Assembly: GCA_011364975.1 (NCBI GenBank)
Contig: RDOE01000020.1
Span: 1-45,456, forward strand
Direction: 5' to 3'
Source of the DNA: Promethearchaeota archaeon
Lineage (GTDB): Archaea; Asgardarchaeota; Lokiarchaeia; Sigyniarchaeales; SOKP01
DNA: 45,456 bases
Shown: positions 19,751-30,352 of the stretch, piece after piece
How positions within the stretch are numbered: position 1 is the first letter of the stretch
Layout of the letters: the number at the start of each line of letters is the position of its first letter
Made by a program: the position numbers and the translations under genes
The notes under the pieces: model-generated
Database searches by the model: none
What the model was told of the DNA's origin: nothing
What the model saw: the letters and a program-made list of their open reading frames with translations, nothing else

Positions 19751-22567
19751 GTGATGATAATGTTTGAGGCTCATGATAAACCTATTGAAGAGTTATATGA
19801 AATTTTAAATGCAAATAAAGAAGGGTTAACATCGATAGAGGTAGAGCAACGTCTATCAAAATATGGAAGAAACGAATTAGTTACAGAAGAAAAAATTCAT
19901 CCATTGAGAATTTTTCTTAACCAATTCAGAGATTTATTGGTAATAATATTAATTGTTGCGGGCTTGATTACAGCTATCCTTGGAATTCTTGAAAATGATG
20001 AAAGTGTAATTATTGAAGTCATCAGTATAACTATTGTTATCATTTTAAATGCAGGACTAGGATTTTATCAAGAATTTTCTGCTGAAAAAGCTATTGAAGC
20101 TCTTAGAACATTATCAAAGAGTGAGGTTATCGTTTTTCGAGATAATGAAAAAGTAAGATTGAAAGCAGAATTTCTAGTACCGGGGGATATTATTTTATTA
20201 GAAGCAGGAAATGTTATTCCCGCGGATATAAGATTAATAAAGAGCTATGAAATCAATGTTAATGAAGCAATATTAACAGGAGAATCGTTATCTATAAGGA
20301 AGGACATAAAAACTTTACCTCAAGAGACTTCTTTAGCAGAAAGGAAAAATATGCTTTTTAAAGGAACAACTGTAACAAGTGGATCAGGAAGGGGATTAGT
20401 TACATCGACAGGACTTGGTACAGAATTAGGAAAAATAGCATCTTCATTATCTGAAATTGAAAGGGAAGATACACCTATTCAGAAGAAGTTGAAACTCTTA
20501 GCTAAACAACTTACAATATTTATAGTTATTATTGCTGCATCTATTTTCCTTATTCAAATAATCTTTATTGGTTTAGAACAGTTTACAGAGTTATTAATTT
20601 TTGCAATCGGGCTTGCAGTTGCAGTTGTACCTGAAGGCCTCCCTGCTGTTATGACTCTTTCTTTAGCGATTGGTATTACTCGAATGGCAAGGCAAAATGC
20701 CCTTATACGAAGATTACCCGTGGTGGAAGTACTTGGGTCCAGTACTGTGATTTCAACAGATAAAACGGGTACGTTGACTAAAAATGAAATGACTGTTACT
20801 CTCGTATGGACTATAAATCATCAATATAGTGTAACTGGAACTGGATATACAAATGTTGGTCAGATCCTCAAAGTAGAAACTGCCAAACAAGTTACACCTG
20901 ATTATAAACCAGAGTTAGAATCTCTGATCGAAATTGGAACTCTTGCAAATGAAGCATCTATAGAATTTCAAGGTGATTCAAGACCCTATAAAACATTTGG
21001 AGATCCCACTGAAATTGCATTATTGATCTTAGCAGAAAAAGGACAAAAGATCGGAAATATAATGCAGAATTGGGATATTGAGTACTTATTTCCCTTTGAT
21101 AGTAATCGTAAAAGAATGAGCACAATCTCTAAACATAAAATCACAGATCAATATCGGATCATGGTTAAAGGTGCGCTGGATTTAATGCTTGATATCTGTA
21201 TCAATTATTTAGAAGATGGAAAAAGTATTCCTTTAACTCAAGAAATAAAAGAAAAGATAATAAAAGTGAGTGAGCGATTTTCTGCAAATTTTGCCTATCG
21301 AATATTAGGATTTGCCTTAAAAGATATTACAACTGAGGAAGCGAAAAGACTACTTGAGGAAAAAAAATCCAATTTAGTTGAGGATAACCTTACCTTTGTA
21401 GGTTTTGTAGGGATGATCGATCCACCTAGAGAATCTTCAAGACCCGCAGTTCTAAAGGCAAAGGATGCAGGAATTAAAGTAATTATGATCACTGGAGATC
21501 ATGTAGAGACTGCTAAAGCAATTGGTAAGGAAATAGGAATTTATGGAAACATGGAGCCTATTACTGGAAAAATGCTTGAAAAAATGGTAGATCAAGAATT
21601 AGAAGAGGTTATCGAGGAAGTTGAGATATTTGCCAGAGTAGATCCCTCACATAAATTACGTATCATCAATGCATTAAAAAAACATGATGAGGTAGTAATC
21701 ATGACTGGGGATGGAGTCAATGATGCACCTGCCCTCAAAAGAGCAGATATCGGGGTTGCTATGGGAATTACGGGGACAGATGTGGCTAAAGAAGCTAGTG
21801 ATATGATATTAGTTGACGATAATTTTGCAAACATTATTGAAGCTATATATGAAGGACGAAGAATCTATGACAACATTAAAAAATTCATAAATTATTTATT
21901 ATCTGCTAATGCTGGTGAAGTTTTATCGGTATTAGCAATTGTTATATTAGGACTTATATTCTTCAATCATCTAATACTACCCATTGTAGCGATACAATTA
22001 TTGTATATAAATCTAGTTACAGATACTTTTCCTGCTCTGGCATTAGGTATGAGTCCAGCTGAGGAAGATGTAATGAAACGAAAACCAAGAGACCCAAAAG
22101 AGCCTCTTCTAACTAAAAATATGGTAATCTTTATTCTCTTATTTGGGGTCTTAAACGCCATAGGTTGCGTTTTTTTGTTTCTTTGGAGTATTGAGTTTAA
22201 TTTAACTATTGATATTGAAATTGTTGACTTAACAAGACAAAGAACCATTATATTTGCGGCATTAGTAGTATATCAAATGATACAATGCCTTTCGGTGAGT
22301 CAAAACACCACCATTTTTTCAAAAAAGACATTAGAAAATAAGATATTAATCGGTGCAATATTATTAGGTCTTATTTTGCTTCTCTTTGCGATCTACATTC
22401 CATTGTTGCAGCCATTCATTAAAACATATCCTCTTGAAGCAATGGATTGGATCATGATTTTAATAACAGCAATCCCGATCCTTATCATTGAAGAATTATA
22501 TGAAAAAATTATTTTCAAACCAGGAAGAGATCGTTTACAAATTCCGGTTGATGGTTCTCTCATATAA
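19751..22567 (+). CDS. P-type cation-transporting ATPase (type II, Ca2+-like)
   Basis: LTGES, VPEGLP, DKTGTLT, MITGD, TGDGVNDAPAL, INLVTD. Confidence 0.96.
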   Translation: MMIMFEAHDKPIEELYEILNANKEGLTSIEVEQRLSKYGRNELVTEEKIHPLRIFLNQFRDLLVIILIVAGLITAILGILENDESVIIEVISITIVIILNAGLGFYQEFSAEKAIEALRTLSKSEVIVFRDNEKVRLKAEFLVPGDIILLEAGNVIPADIRLIKSYEINVNEAILTGESLSIRKDIKTLPQETSLAERKNMLFKGTTVTSGSGRGLVTSTGLGTELGKIASSLSEIEREDTPIQKKLKLLAKQLTIFIVIIAASIFLIQIIFIGLEQFTELLIFAIGLAVAVVPEGLPAVMTLSLAIGITRMARQNALIRRLPVVEVLGSSTVISTDKTGTLTKNEMTVTLVWTINHQYSVTGTGYTNVGQILKVETAKQVTPDYKPELESLIEIGTLANEASIEFQGDSRPYKTFGDPTEIALLILAEKGQKIGNIMQNWDIEYLFPFDSNRKRMSTISKHKITDQYRIMVKGALDLMLDICINYLEDGKSIPLTQEIKEKIIKVSERFSANFAYRILGFALKDITTEEAKRLLEEKKSNLVEDNLTFVGFVGMIDPPRESSRPAVLKAKDAGIKVIMITGDHVETAKAIGKEIGIYGNMEPITGKMLEKMVDQELEEVIEEVEIFARVDPSHKLRIINALKKHDEVVIMTGDGVNDAPALKRADIGVAMGITGTDVAKEASDMILVDDNFANIIEAIYEGRRIYDNIKKFINYLLSANAGEVLSVLAIVILGLIFFNHLILPIVAIQLLYINLVTDTFPALALGMSPAEEDVMKRKPRDPKEPLLTKNMVIFILLFGVLNAIGCVFLFLWSIEFNLTIDIEIVDLTRQRTIIFAALVVYQMIQCLSVSQNTTIFSKKTLENKILIGAILLGLILLLFAIYIPLLQPFIKTYPLEAMDWIMILITAIPILIIEELYEKIIFKPGRDRLQIPVDGSLI

Positions 22568-22579
22568 AATGAAAAAGAT

Positions 22580-23386
22580 TTAGGTTAAACCTTTTACATG
22601 CTTGAAAGATCGAGGAGGAGTACGATAAAAGGTAACATCTGGATATCCAATAGTAAAGGCTCCCAACTTTTTTGCTCGGAATCCCGCTAATTTCATAATT
22701 TTAGGGTCAATTTCTATTGCTGCTTGAGTCCAACCATTCCAGCACGTACCCAAACCCAGACTATGAGCTGCTAATCTTCCATAGGTGATTATATTAGCAA
22801 TATTTTGAATTCCGATATCGGTAAATAATTGTGAATACACAATTATGAGATGCGGTGCATCAAAATAAACGGGAGATCTGAACTCTTTAGCTAAATTCGC
22901 TAATCGTTCTCCATATAACCAACCCCATGATTTATCCTCTGTGAGTGTTTTTTGAATCGCATCGGATAAGGTTTTTAATTGTTCTTCATCAGAGATAATA
23001 ATAAAAGATTCGGATCTCATATTTCTTCCTGTCGGAGCCCATTGCATGGCTTTGAATACTTTTTGTAATAATTCTTCTGATACTTTTTCCTTTTTGTATC
23101 GCCTAATAGAACGATGTGCTTGCAAGAATTTAAAAAGATTCTCATATGAAAGTATCCTTTCAGGATGGTTAACATCACTAAATTCATAACTTTCTCCCAT
23201 ATCTTCATATATTATAGCATCTTCAGGACATCGAGCTACACAATGTCCACATCTAATACACATTGACTTAGGATCCCCATATTCTACTTTTTCTCCGTTA
23301 ATCTCATTGAATAATCGTCTGGGGCATACTCTAATGCAGGTTCCACAGAAAGTGCATTTCTCATAATCAATTTCTACAATTGGCAT
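22580..23386 (-). CDS. Nitroreductase family protein with N-terminal 2x[4Fe-4S] ferredoxin domain
   Basis: CTFCGTCIRVCP and CIRCGHCVARCP; HRSIRRY, APTGRN, LGLGTCW. Confidence 0.92.
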   Translation of the reverse strand: MPIVEIDYEKCTFCGTCIRVCPRRLFNEINGEKVEYGDPKSMCIRCGHCVARCPEDAIIYEDMGESYEFSDVNHPERILSYENLFKFLQAHRSIRRYKKEKVSEELLQKVFKAMQWAPTGRNMRSESFIIISDEEQLKTLSDAIQKTLTEDKSWGWLYGERLANLAKEFRSPVYFDAPHLIIVYSQLFTDIGIQNIANIITYGRLAAHSLGLGTCWNGWTQAAIEIDPKIMKLAGFRAKKLGAFTIGYPDVTFYRTPPRSFKHVKGLT

Positions 23387-23523
23387 TTTAACTTCACAAT
23401 AAAAATTGTATTTGTAATCATTAATATATTAAGTTGTTTAAAAATCTAATTTAAATAGGTACTCTAGAAGTAAATTTGAGAGGTAATTAACAATAAAGTA
23501 AAAAAGTCCACTTTTTATTTTGT

Positions 23524-23862
23524 TCAATATTCACGCCAGGTAAATTTACAATTGGTACATCTAAAAAAAGAAGTACTTGGTTCGTCAGCACCTCTTGTCT
23601 GTTCCTGCCAAGCCTCTGCTTCAAGGTGACCACATTTAGAACATTCTTTCTTGACTACGGGGTGAACTAATATTTTATCTTCTTCTGATAAGATAATCAG
23701 ATTCTTCTTTAAAGCACTCATTTTTTGATCTACAGTTTCATTCAATGTACTATTATTATTTTCGAGCTCTTCTTCATACCCACATCTACAAACTAAGGAA
23801 ACTTTTCCATTTATATTTTTTCTACGCAAGAGACCTGAACACTCTGGACAAAAATTTACCAT
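23524..23862 (-). CDS. tfs: Transcription factor S (TFS/RpoM)
   Basis: FCPEC...CRCGY and CSKCG...QTRGADEPST.FFRCTNC. Confidence 0.95.
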   Translation of the reverse strand: MVNFCPECSGLLRRKNINGKVSLVCRCGYEEELENNNSTLNETVDQKMSALKKNLIILSEEDKILVHPVVKKECSKCGHLEAEAWQEQTRGADEPSTSFFRCTNCKFTWREY

Positions 23863-23972
23863 TTTAAAAACGCGAACTTTAGATATTAAAATATAACGAA
23901 TAAAAAGTATTATGAGAGATATAATTTACGAAAAATACATTAGAACTACAAATTTGTTAGAAAAGGATTATT

Positions 23973-24287
23973 TTACAACTCTTTTTTTATTTGATATAAT
24001 TTCTGATAATATTCGAAATTTAATTTATTCATATCTTGGATAATATCTGCCTGTAGCTCTTTTTCTCCTTCCATATTTATGTTTAAATCGCCAATCACGT
24101 TTACTAAATCATTTTTCTTTGCCTTGAATTCAATTTTCCCTATAATCACTTTCAGAGTTCCTGTTTTATCATCTAATATAAAGTATTGATCATCGATGAT
24201 TTCCTTAATATAACCGGTGACTTGAATTCTAATGTCATCGTTCTTAATATCTTCAATTATTCTTTGATATGCAGCTGAAGGTTCCAT
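23973..24287 (-). CDS. Single OB-fold protein (RPA small-subunit-like)
   Basis: IQVTGYI...FILDDKTGTLKV...LVNVIG...LQADII OB-fold pattern. Confidence 0.7.
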   Translation of the reverse strand: MEPSAAYQRIIEDIKNDDIRIQVTGYIKEIIDDQYFILDDKTGTLKVIIGKIEFKAKKNDLVNVIGDLNINMEGEKELQADIIQDMNKLNFEYYQKLYQIKKEL

Positions 24288-24468
24288 ATTTTTTATGAAA
24301 ATTTTTTGTGTATATACTTTTAAAAATTACCGGAGACTATAAATAATTAATTCAAAAATTACAAATGGTTATTATTAAAGGTCTAATACTGAATTTTATA
24401 AACTTTGACAATAACCCAATATTAATATAAAAGGATTTAAACTAAGAAAAGAAAGGTACAAATATAAT

Positions 24469-25272
24469 ATGTCGTTCAGATTAAAGTTAGAAAATAGTCG
24501 GATTTTAAAGGGTATCGTAGAGACACTTTCAAGTATCATTGATGAGACTGAATTTAAAATTTCTCCAAAGGAATTCGTTATTAGTGCAATGGATCCCAGT
24601 AGAATTTGTCTTCTAAAACTTACAATCAAAAAGGAAAACTTTGATGAGTATGAATGTGATAATACTTATAAGGTTGGCTTAAACTTAGACGATTTAGATA
24701 AGATTTTGAAGAGAACCGCATCAAATGATCATATTGAATTGGAATTTAAAGAAAAAGAACAAAAAATTAAAATAAAAATGCAGCGAGAAGGTATAAGCAG
24801 AGCAAGAACATTTAGTTTAGCATTGCTTGATATCGATACTGAAGAAATTCCTATGGATAACTTGCTAAAGATAGAATATCCTGCAAAATGGGTTATTGAT
24901 TCCGAATTCCTAGTAGAAGCAATCAAAGACGCAGAAATTTATTCTGAAATTCTTAATATCAAAGCAAATGAAAATGAAGGATTACTTTTCAGTTCCACAG
25001 GACAAATCGGTGAGATGGAATATAATTTAAGTATAGAAGATTTAATTAATAGCGAAATAACAGAAACATGCAGCGGTGCATATAGTCTCACTTTTTTGAA
25101 AGCAATATTAAAAATCGCTTCCATCACTGAAAAGTTAGAAATTTCTCTGAAAACAGATCATCCTCTTAAAATGATCTTCAATCTTCTTGAAGGGGGAGAA
25201 TTAAGCTACTTTTTAGCACCACGCGTAGAAGAAGCTGAATTTGAAGATGATGATGACATGGATGAATTTTAA
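24469..25272 (+). CDS. pcn: PCNA sliding clamp
   Basis: AMDPSRICL, YSLTFLK, PLKM.F, YFLAPRVE; acidic tail. Confidence 0.96.
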   Translation: MSFRLKLENSRILKGIVETLSSIIDETEFKISPKEFVISAMDPSRICLLKLTIKKENFDEYECDNTYKVGLNLDDLDKILKRTASNDHIELEFKEKEQKIKIKMQREGISRARTFSLALLDIDTEEIPMDNLLKIEYPAKWVIDSEFLVEAIKDAEIYSEILNIKANENEGLLFSSTGQIGEMEYNLSIEDLINSEITETCSGAYSLTFLKAILKIASITEKLEISLKTDHPLKMIFNLLEGGELSYFLAPRVEEAEFEDDDDMDEF

Positions 25273-25374
25273 TTGATTTAATATTAATTATTAAACCTAC
25301 TAACTCTATGCTAATTTAGGTTTCGTAATTTTAATTATCATCAAGGATTCAAAAATAATGGAGTTTTTTAAAAT

Positions 25375-26568
25375 TTGAATATTTCAATAGAATTACTCAG
25401 GCGTTATCCATGGTTACCTTCTTTAAAAAACTTCTATGCTGATTTTGCATCAAAAGATCCCATAGAATTCATAGATGATGTGTTTTCAAAATCTTCTAAT
25501 GAGGAAATAGGAAGAAGGCTTCTCAAAATTTTTTCTACAGCATTTGATAGATTGGAAGAAATCCAAGATTTCAAAACTGATGAGTTAAATATCTATATCT
25601 ATCTCATTATTAAGATTCTCCTATATATAATTGATAATAAAATAATTACAAATAGAGTTGCAAATTTGTATTCCAAGCAAGCTTATAATGATCTCTTGAA
25701 CGAGAGGGATGATGCAAATATATATGATATTTGTGAAGATTTGGCTTTGAATTTTAAATACAGTGATCCTCCTTATCAATACGGCCTAATTTATAATAAA
25801 GATCAAATTGAGATTTTACAAACTAATTTTAAAATTCATTTTATTGATTATTTAAGATTAGCAGCAAATTTGCATGATGATTATCGAAAATTGGTCCATA
25901 ATGCGTTAGCAGAAGGTTATGTATTCATTGATAAAAAAGATTTAATGCGATTAATACAGGAATATGTTCGCAAAAAGTTAACTATAGAAGATAATCGAAC
26001 GGATTTAGATATTCAAAACTTTAGAAATCTCATTTTTAAAAATTCTGAGTTTAAAGCATTATACGATAGGATTCTGGAAACTTGGGAAGTTAAAAAAGAA
26101 GAATTCGAATATTCATTTGAATTCAAATATGACGATAAAATAGATATCTCAGAATCCTTTCCACCTTGCATTAAAGAAATTCTACGAAGAATTGAAGAAG
26201 GGCAAAATATCATTCATATCGAACGATTATTTTTAGTCTTTTTTTTGCACGCCCTCGATTATCCAAGAGAAAATATTTTAGAATTATTTTCGCGATTACC
26301 TGATTTCGATAGTAAAATAGCAGAATATCAAATTGATTTTGCTAAAAAGAAAGAATATACGCCCCACTCTTGTCAAACACTAAAGTCTCTGAATCTATGT
26401 ATGGCTCAAAAATATAAAGATGAAATATGTCTCGAAGGCTATTATTCTAAAAAACTTGACACAAAACGAGTTCTTAGTCATCCACTGTTTTATTTCCAAT
26501 TTAAGCAATTTAAAAAATCTTTTAAACCAAAGGAAAATATGAGCATAGAACGGAATAAAAATGAGTGA
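25375..26568 (+). CDS. priL: DNA primase large subunit
   Basis: KLVHNALAEGYV, FPPCI, H.ER, YQI, four Fe-S Cys (PPC, HSC, NLC, EIC), HPL.Y. Confidence 0.92.
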   Translation: MNISIELLRRYPWLPSLKNFYADFASKDPIEFIDDVFSKSSNEEIGRRLLKIFSTAFDRLEEIQDFKTDELNIYIYLIIKILLYIIDNKIITNRVANLYSKQAYNDLLNERDDANIYDICEDLALNFKYSDPPYQYGLIYNKDQIEILQTNFKIHFIDYLRLAANLHDDYRKLVHNALAEGYVFIDKKDLMRLIQEYVRKKLTIEDNRTDLDIQNFRNLIFKNSEFKALYDRILETWEVKKEEFEYSFEFKYDDKIDISESFPPCIKEILRRIEEGQNIIHIERLFLVFFLHALDYPRENILELFSRLPDFDSKIAEYQIDFAKKKEYTPHSCQTLKSLNLCMAQKYKDEICLEGYYSKKLDTKRVLSHPLFYFQFKQFKKSFKPKENMSIERNKNE

Positions 26569-27841
26569 TACCAAATTCCTTGAAAGACTTTTTCAGGCAT
26601 ATTATCAAGAGAAGAGTAATGAAATTCCGTTAGTCTCTTCATTTGGAAATAGAGAATTCGGTTTTATTCCATGGCAAAAATCAATTATGATACGACATAT
26701 AGGATTTAAAACTAAAGAGGGATTAGAAGACTACTTTATTAATAATCCACCGAAACATGCTTACGCTAGCGGGTCACTTTATGAGACGCCAGATGCTCCA
26801 GACATGGATAAAAAACATTATATAGGATGTGATTTGATCATCGATATTGACGTCGATCACTTTTATACTCCTTGCAAAGATCGCCATGATTTATGGTATT
26901 GTAAAGAATGTGGAACTAATGGAACAGGAATGCCCGAAAAATGTCCCAAATGTGGCAAGGTTAAATTCTCCAAATTAAATTGGGTGTGTGATAATTGTTT
27001 AAAAATAGCTAAAAAGCAAATTCAAAATTTAGTATATAATTTTTTAATACCCGATTTCAATCTTAAGGAAGAACAAATGCAAATAGCTTTTTCAGGTCAT
27101 AGAGGATATCATTTAAAAGTAGAAAATGATGAAATTAGAACTCTATCTAGTGAAGAAAGACGAGAAATTGTTGATTATCTTACGGGTGAAAATATATCAT
27201 TTGAAATCCTCGGCTTAAGAGAAAAGTCTGAGGGAATATATGGGCTTTCTAAAACCAATATTGGCTGGTCAAAGAAAATCGTTCAACAAATAGAAGGATT
27301 AGTAAGTAAACACAATCTCGAAATAGAAAACATATTATTAGATAAAAAAACATTTGATATGAATCCTAAGCAAATTAAAAGTTTTTTGAATTATAAAGAT
27401 GATTTCCATCAACAAATCTTGAATAAACAGAGAAATATATGGGCAATAGAAGGATTTGGTTTAGCATTATGGAAGAAATTTTTACGCGGTATTGTTCAAC
27501 AGATTAGTATTGAATTGGATGAACCTGTATCAATTGATATTCACAGATTAATCCGATACCCCGGATCATTACATGGAAAAACAGGTTTTAAAGTTCAAGA
27601 ACTAAAATTAGCAGATCTCGATGATTATTCCCCTCTTAATGAACAAAATGTAGCCCTTGATCCAATAGTATTTATTAGCAAAAAGCATGTAAAGCAGAAA
27701 TTAGAGATAACTGAACAAAAAGTTCCATCAACCACCTTTAAAGGAGAAACTTATGGGCCGTATGAGAAAGGAGATAAAATAGAAGTCCCACATCATTTCG
27801 CAGTATTCTTTTTATGTAAAGAGGTGGCAAAAACACTTTAA
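26561..27841 (+). CDS. priS: DNA primase small (catalytic) subunit
   Basis: REFGF, DLIIDIDVD, FSGHRGYH, LDEPVSIDIHRLIRYPGSLHGKTG; Cys-rich Zn insertion. Confidence 0.96.
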   Translation: MSDTKFLERLFQAYYQEKSNEIPLVSSFGNREFGFIPWQKSIMIRHIGFKTKEGLEDYFINNPPKHAYASGSLYETPDAPDMDKKHYIGCDLIIDIDVDHFYTPCKDRHDLWYCKECGTNGTGMPEKCPKCGKVKFSKLNWVCDNCLKIAKKQIQNLVYNFLIPDFNLKEEQMQIAFSGHRGYHLKVENDEIRTLSSEERREIVDYLTGENISFEILGLREKSEGIYGLSKTNIGWSKKIVQQIEGLVSKHNLEIENILLDKKTFDMNPKQIKSFLNYKDDFHQQILNKQRNIWAIEGFGLALWKKFLRGIVQQISIELDEPVSIDIHRLIRYPGSLHGKTGFKVQELKLADLDDYSPLNEQNVALDPIVFISKKHVKQKLEITEQKVPSTTFKGETYGPYEKGDKIEVPHHFAVFFLCKEVAKTL

Positions 27842-27892
27842 GTTAAAATTTTATTTTGAATTATCCTTCATTATATTAATATTGTATCAACC

Positions 27893-28591
27893 TTGATTTT
27901 TATGAATCTAAAAAAGGATTACCAAAAAATCTATGAACAATGGCTCCAGGAATTTGAACAATCAGAATTAACTTCTTTAACTGAGGATTTATTCAATTTT
28001 TATAAAGAGGTGATTTCTACTGCTGCTAAGGTCGAGTTGAAAAAGGATAATACTATTCAAAATGATTTATTAAATACTTATAAAAAGAATTTAGAATTCC
28101 TTTTTGAGGATTTATTAAAAATTAGAGAAATTAAAATCATGAATTCTGCTTTAGCTCTAAAAGAAATTAATCTGGATCATTTAATTGAAGCTGAAAGATT
28201 ACTCTTCCAAAATCTAGTTGCCACAATTAAAGGCTATAAAAAAGTTAAAGCACTTTCATTTCTTAATGAAGAATATAAAATAAATGAACAAATAACTATT
28301 AAAGCTAATGAAAAATCTTTAGAAAAAGTAGTTTTAAATGAAATTACCCCTCATATATCGGAGGAAGATTTAACTTCAGAAGTAAAATTACCACAAACTG
28401 AAATTGAGAATGAGATTAAAACAGATTATAACTACATTCTAATTAGATTTATTAAAAAAACTCCTCCATTGGTAGGCATAGATTTAAAAGATTATGGACC
28501 CTTTGAAGAAAATGATATTGCAAACCTGCCCAATCAGAATGCTACTATTTTATTGAATGAAAAATTTGCGGAAAAAATAGATATCGATTAA
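27893..28591 (+). CDS. GINS complex subunit (Gins51/Gins15 type)
   Basis: Helical A-domain (R..KI, E..L) followed by B-domain LIRF....PPLVGIDLKDYGPF..NDIANLP..NA..L; synteny with priS. Confidence 0.85.
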   Translation: MIFMNLKKDYQKIYEQWLQEFEQSELTSLTEDLFNFYKEVISTAAKVELKKDNTIQNDLLNTYKKNLEFLFEDLLKIREIKIMNSALALKEINLDHLIEAERLLFQNLVATIKGYKKVKALSFLNEEYKINEQITIKANEKSLEKVVLNEITPHISEEDLTSEVKLPQTEIENEIKTDYNYILIRFIKKTPPLVGIDLKDYGPFEENDIANLPNQNATILLNEKFAEKIDID

Positions 28592-28779
28592 TTTTTCTCT
28601 GATTCATTTTTGAACTGCTCTTTAAAATACTGAATTCTATATTTAGCATATTTATCAACCATAGAAAACCTTGGAGGTTTAGGATTTATTAATTGTCCTC
28701 CACAGAATCGACATTTATATTCGGGATTAAATAAACCGTACTCTCCACATTCTTTGCATTTAAGAAGATATTTAGTCAA
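28588..28779 (-). CDS. nop10: H/ACA RNP protein Nop10
   Basis: KCKECG.Y...CRFCGG....PPRFS..DKYAKYR; follows aIF2a. Confidence 0.9.
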   Translation of the reverse strand: MTKYLLKCKECGEYGLFNPEYKCRFCGGQLINPKPPRFSMVDKYAKYRIQYFKEQFKNESEKN

Positions 28780-28801
28780 ACTTTTTCCAACCCTGAATTA
28801 A

Positions 28802-29626
28802 TTAATCCCTGATAAATTCCATCGAACCTTCAAATTCTTTTGTTTTTCGTTCAAGAATACTTAATGATTCTGATAAGATACTTTCTGCATCAATATAATC
28901 TTTTGAAATCACTTCTAATCTATAAAATGGTGCTCCTAAATATGAAAAACTTAATTTACGGGTTTCTTTCGGAGTTTTTATTACTTTGGAAGCTTCAGAT
29001 ATAGAATCCTTAATCTTGTCTATACCATCTCCACTTGTATTGATAAGTTTTAACTTTCCAACAATACTTACAGTAGAAATCTCAACATTTTCATCTATAA
29101 TTTTCAAAAATAACTCTTTTATATTATCAGGTACATTGTTAAGCTCATTCATTAGTTCTCTACCGTCTTCTTTTAATGCTTCTACAGCTTCTTGATAATC
29201 AGTATATTGATCTTTAATAGGCCATCCTATCATTTCATAGGCTTGATCAAGAGTCAAATTAACACCTTCTACCTCAGTCAAAAATTGCAAAAGATTTTCA
29301 AATTTATTCGCATATTTATTCTCTTTTAAGACTTTGTCTTTTTGAGCTGAATTTACACGTCTAAGCGATAAATCTACTTGACCTTTATCGTATACAACTT
29401 TAATGACTCTTAATACAAGTTTTTGATTTATCCGTACGACACTCCTAATATTTTTAACCCAACGACTAGAAATTTCGCTAATATGAATCATACCACGAGC
29501 AGTTTCTTCTGAAGGTAATCCTTCATAATCAGGTAAATCCACATAAATATATTGGGATTGAATGTCAACCACTCGAGCAATAACAAAATCGCCTTCTTTT
29601 GGAAAGGGTGTTTTATTTTTAACCAA
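28802..29626 (-). CDS. eif2a: Translation initiation factor aIF-2 alpha
   Basis: S1 domain PKEGDFV...GMIHISEISSRW...VDLSLRRV; YLGAPFY; SD GGTGA with TTG start. Confidence 0.96.
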   Translation of the reverse strand: MVKNKTPFPKEGDFVIARVVDIQSQYIYVDLPDYEGLPSEETARGMIHISEISSRWVKNIRSVVRINQKLVLRVIKVVYDKGQVDLSLRRVNSAQKDKVLKENKYANKFENLLQFLTEVEGVNLTLDQAYEMIGWPIKDQYTDYQEAVEALKEDGRELMNELNNVPDNIKELFLKIIDENVEISTVSIVGKLKLINTSGDGIDKIKDSISEASKVIKTPKETRKLSFSYLGAPFYRLEVISKDYIDAESILSESLSILERKTKEFEGSMEFIRD

Positions 29627-29780
29627 TTATATCACCAGAAAGTATCAAAAATTCGTTTCGTATATTAGTAATTTAACAATCTATTGTTTTTTACTTTTAT
29701 TATCTTTTTATAAGAAAACTATTTTTTACCTCATTTATTTTTTCATTTATATAAATCCTTGAAATTAATAGTGATATCAT

Positions 29781-30218
29781 ATACCAAATTGGCAAATTCA
29801 CAATAAGTGGGCTCTGAAAGCGGGAATTGATGATTTAGTCGCAACTTTTGTTAATCAAAATATTGATTACGGGACTTCCTGGGCTTTTAATAACGAAGGG
29901 AAAGCTAAGGAAGGGGAAGAGAAAGTTGTTGACATGCAATTAAAATTTTTTCTTAAAAAGGATAAAGAAAAAACCTTTAGTTCAGAATTTCAATACGTAA
30001 AAGCCTACTATTTACACCATCTTTTAGACTTTTTCAAGGAAACGCGATATAACATCAATGATCTTGAATTAATCTTTTCTAAATTTATTCAGGAAAAAGT
30101 AAAAACAACACTAATAAATGATGATGGAACTGAAGTAAGTTTTTTAAATGAAATAAATCACATTTTTGAGATAATAAGACTCTTTAAAGAAGATTTTTTT
30201 TCTGATCTTCAACGCTAG
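29781..30218 (+). CDS. Hypothetical protein, 145 aa, probable ATA start (track reports only 29934-30218)
   Basis: Open frame (M)PNWQIHNKWALKAGI...VNQNIDYG...YYLHHLLD; in-frame TGA at 29772-29774; SD-like AGTGAT at 29770-29775. Confidence 0.65.
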   Translation: MPNWQIHNKWALKAGIDDLVATFVNQNIDYGTSWAFNNEGKAKEGEEKVVDMQLKFFLKKDKEKTFSSEFQYVKAYYLHHLLDFFKETRYNINDLELIFSKFIQEKVKTTLINDDGTEVSFLNEINHIFEIIRLFKEDFFSDLQR

Positions 30219-30352
30219 ACCTTTTTCTGTTTTAAATCGTAAAAATCTTTAAGATTCCTAATCCAATACTTTTAATTTAGGTCAATTTACTAGAGTTTTT
30301 ACTATAAGTTTAGTAGTTCTTTAATGAGTTACTTAATAATTTTCCCTTACAT

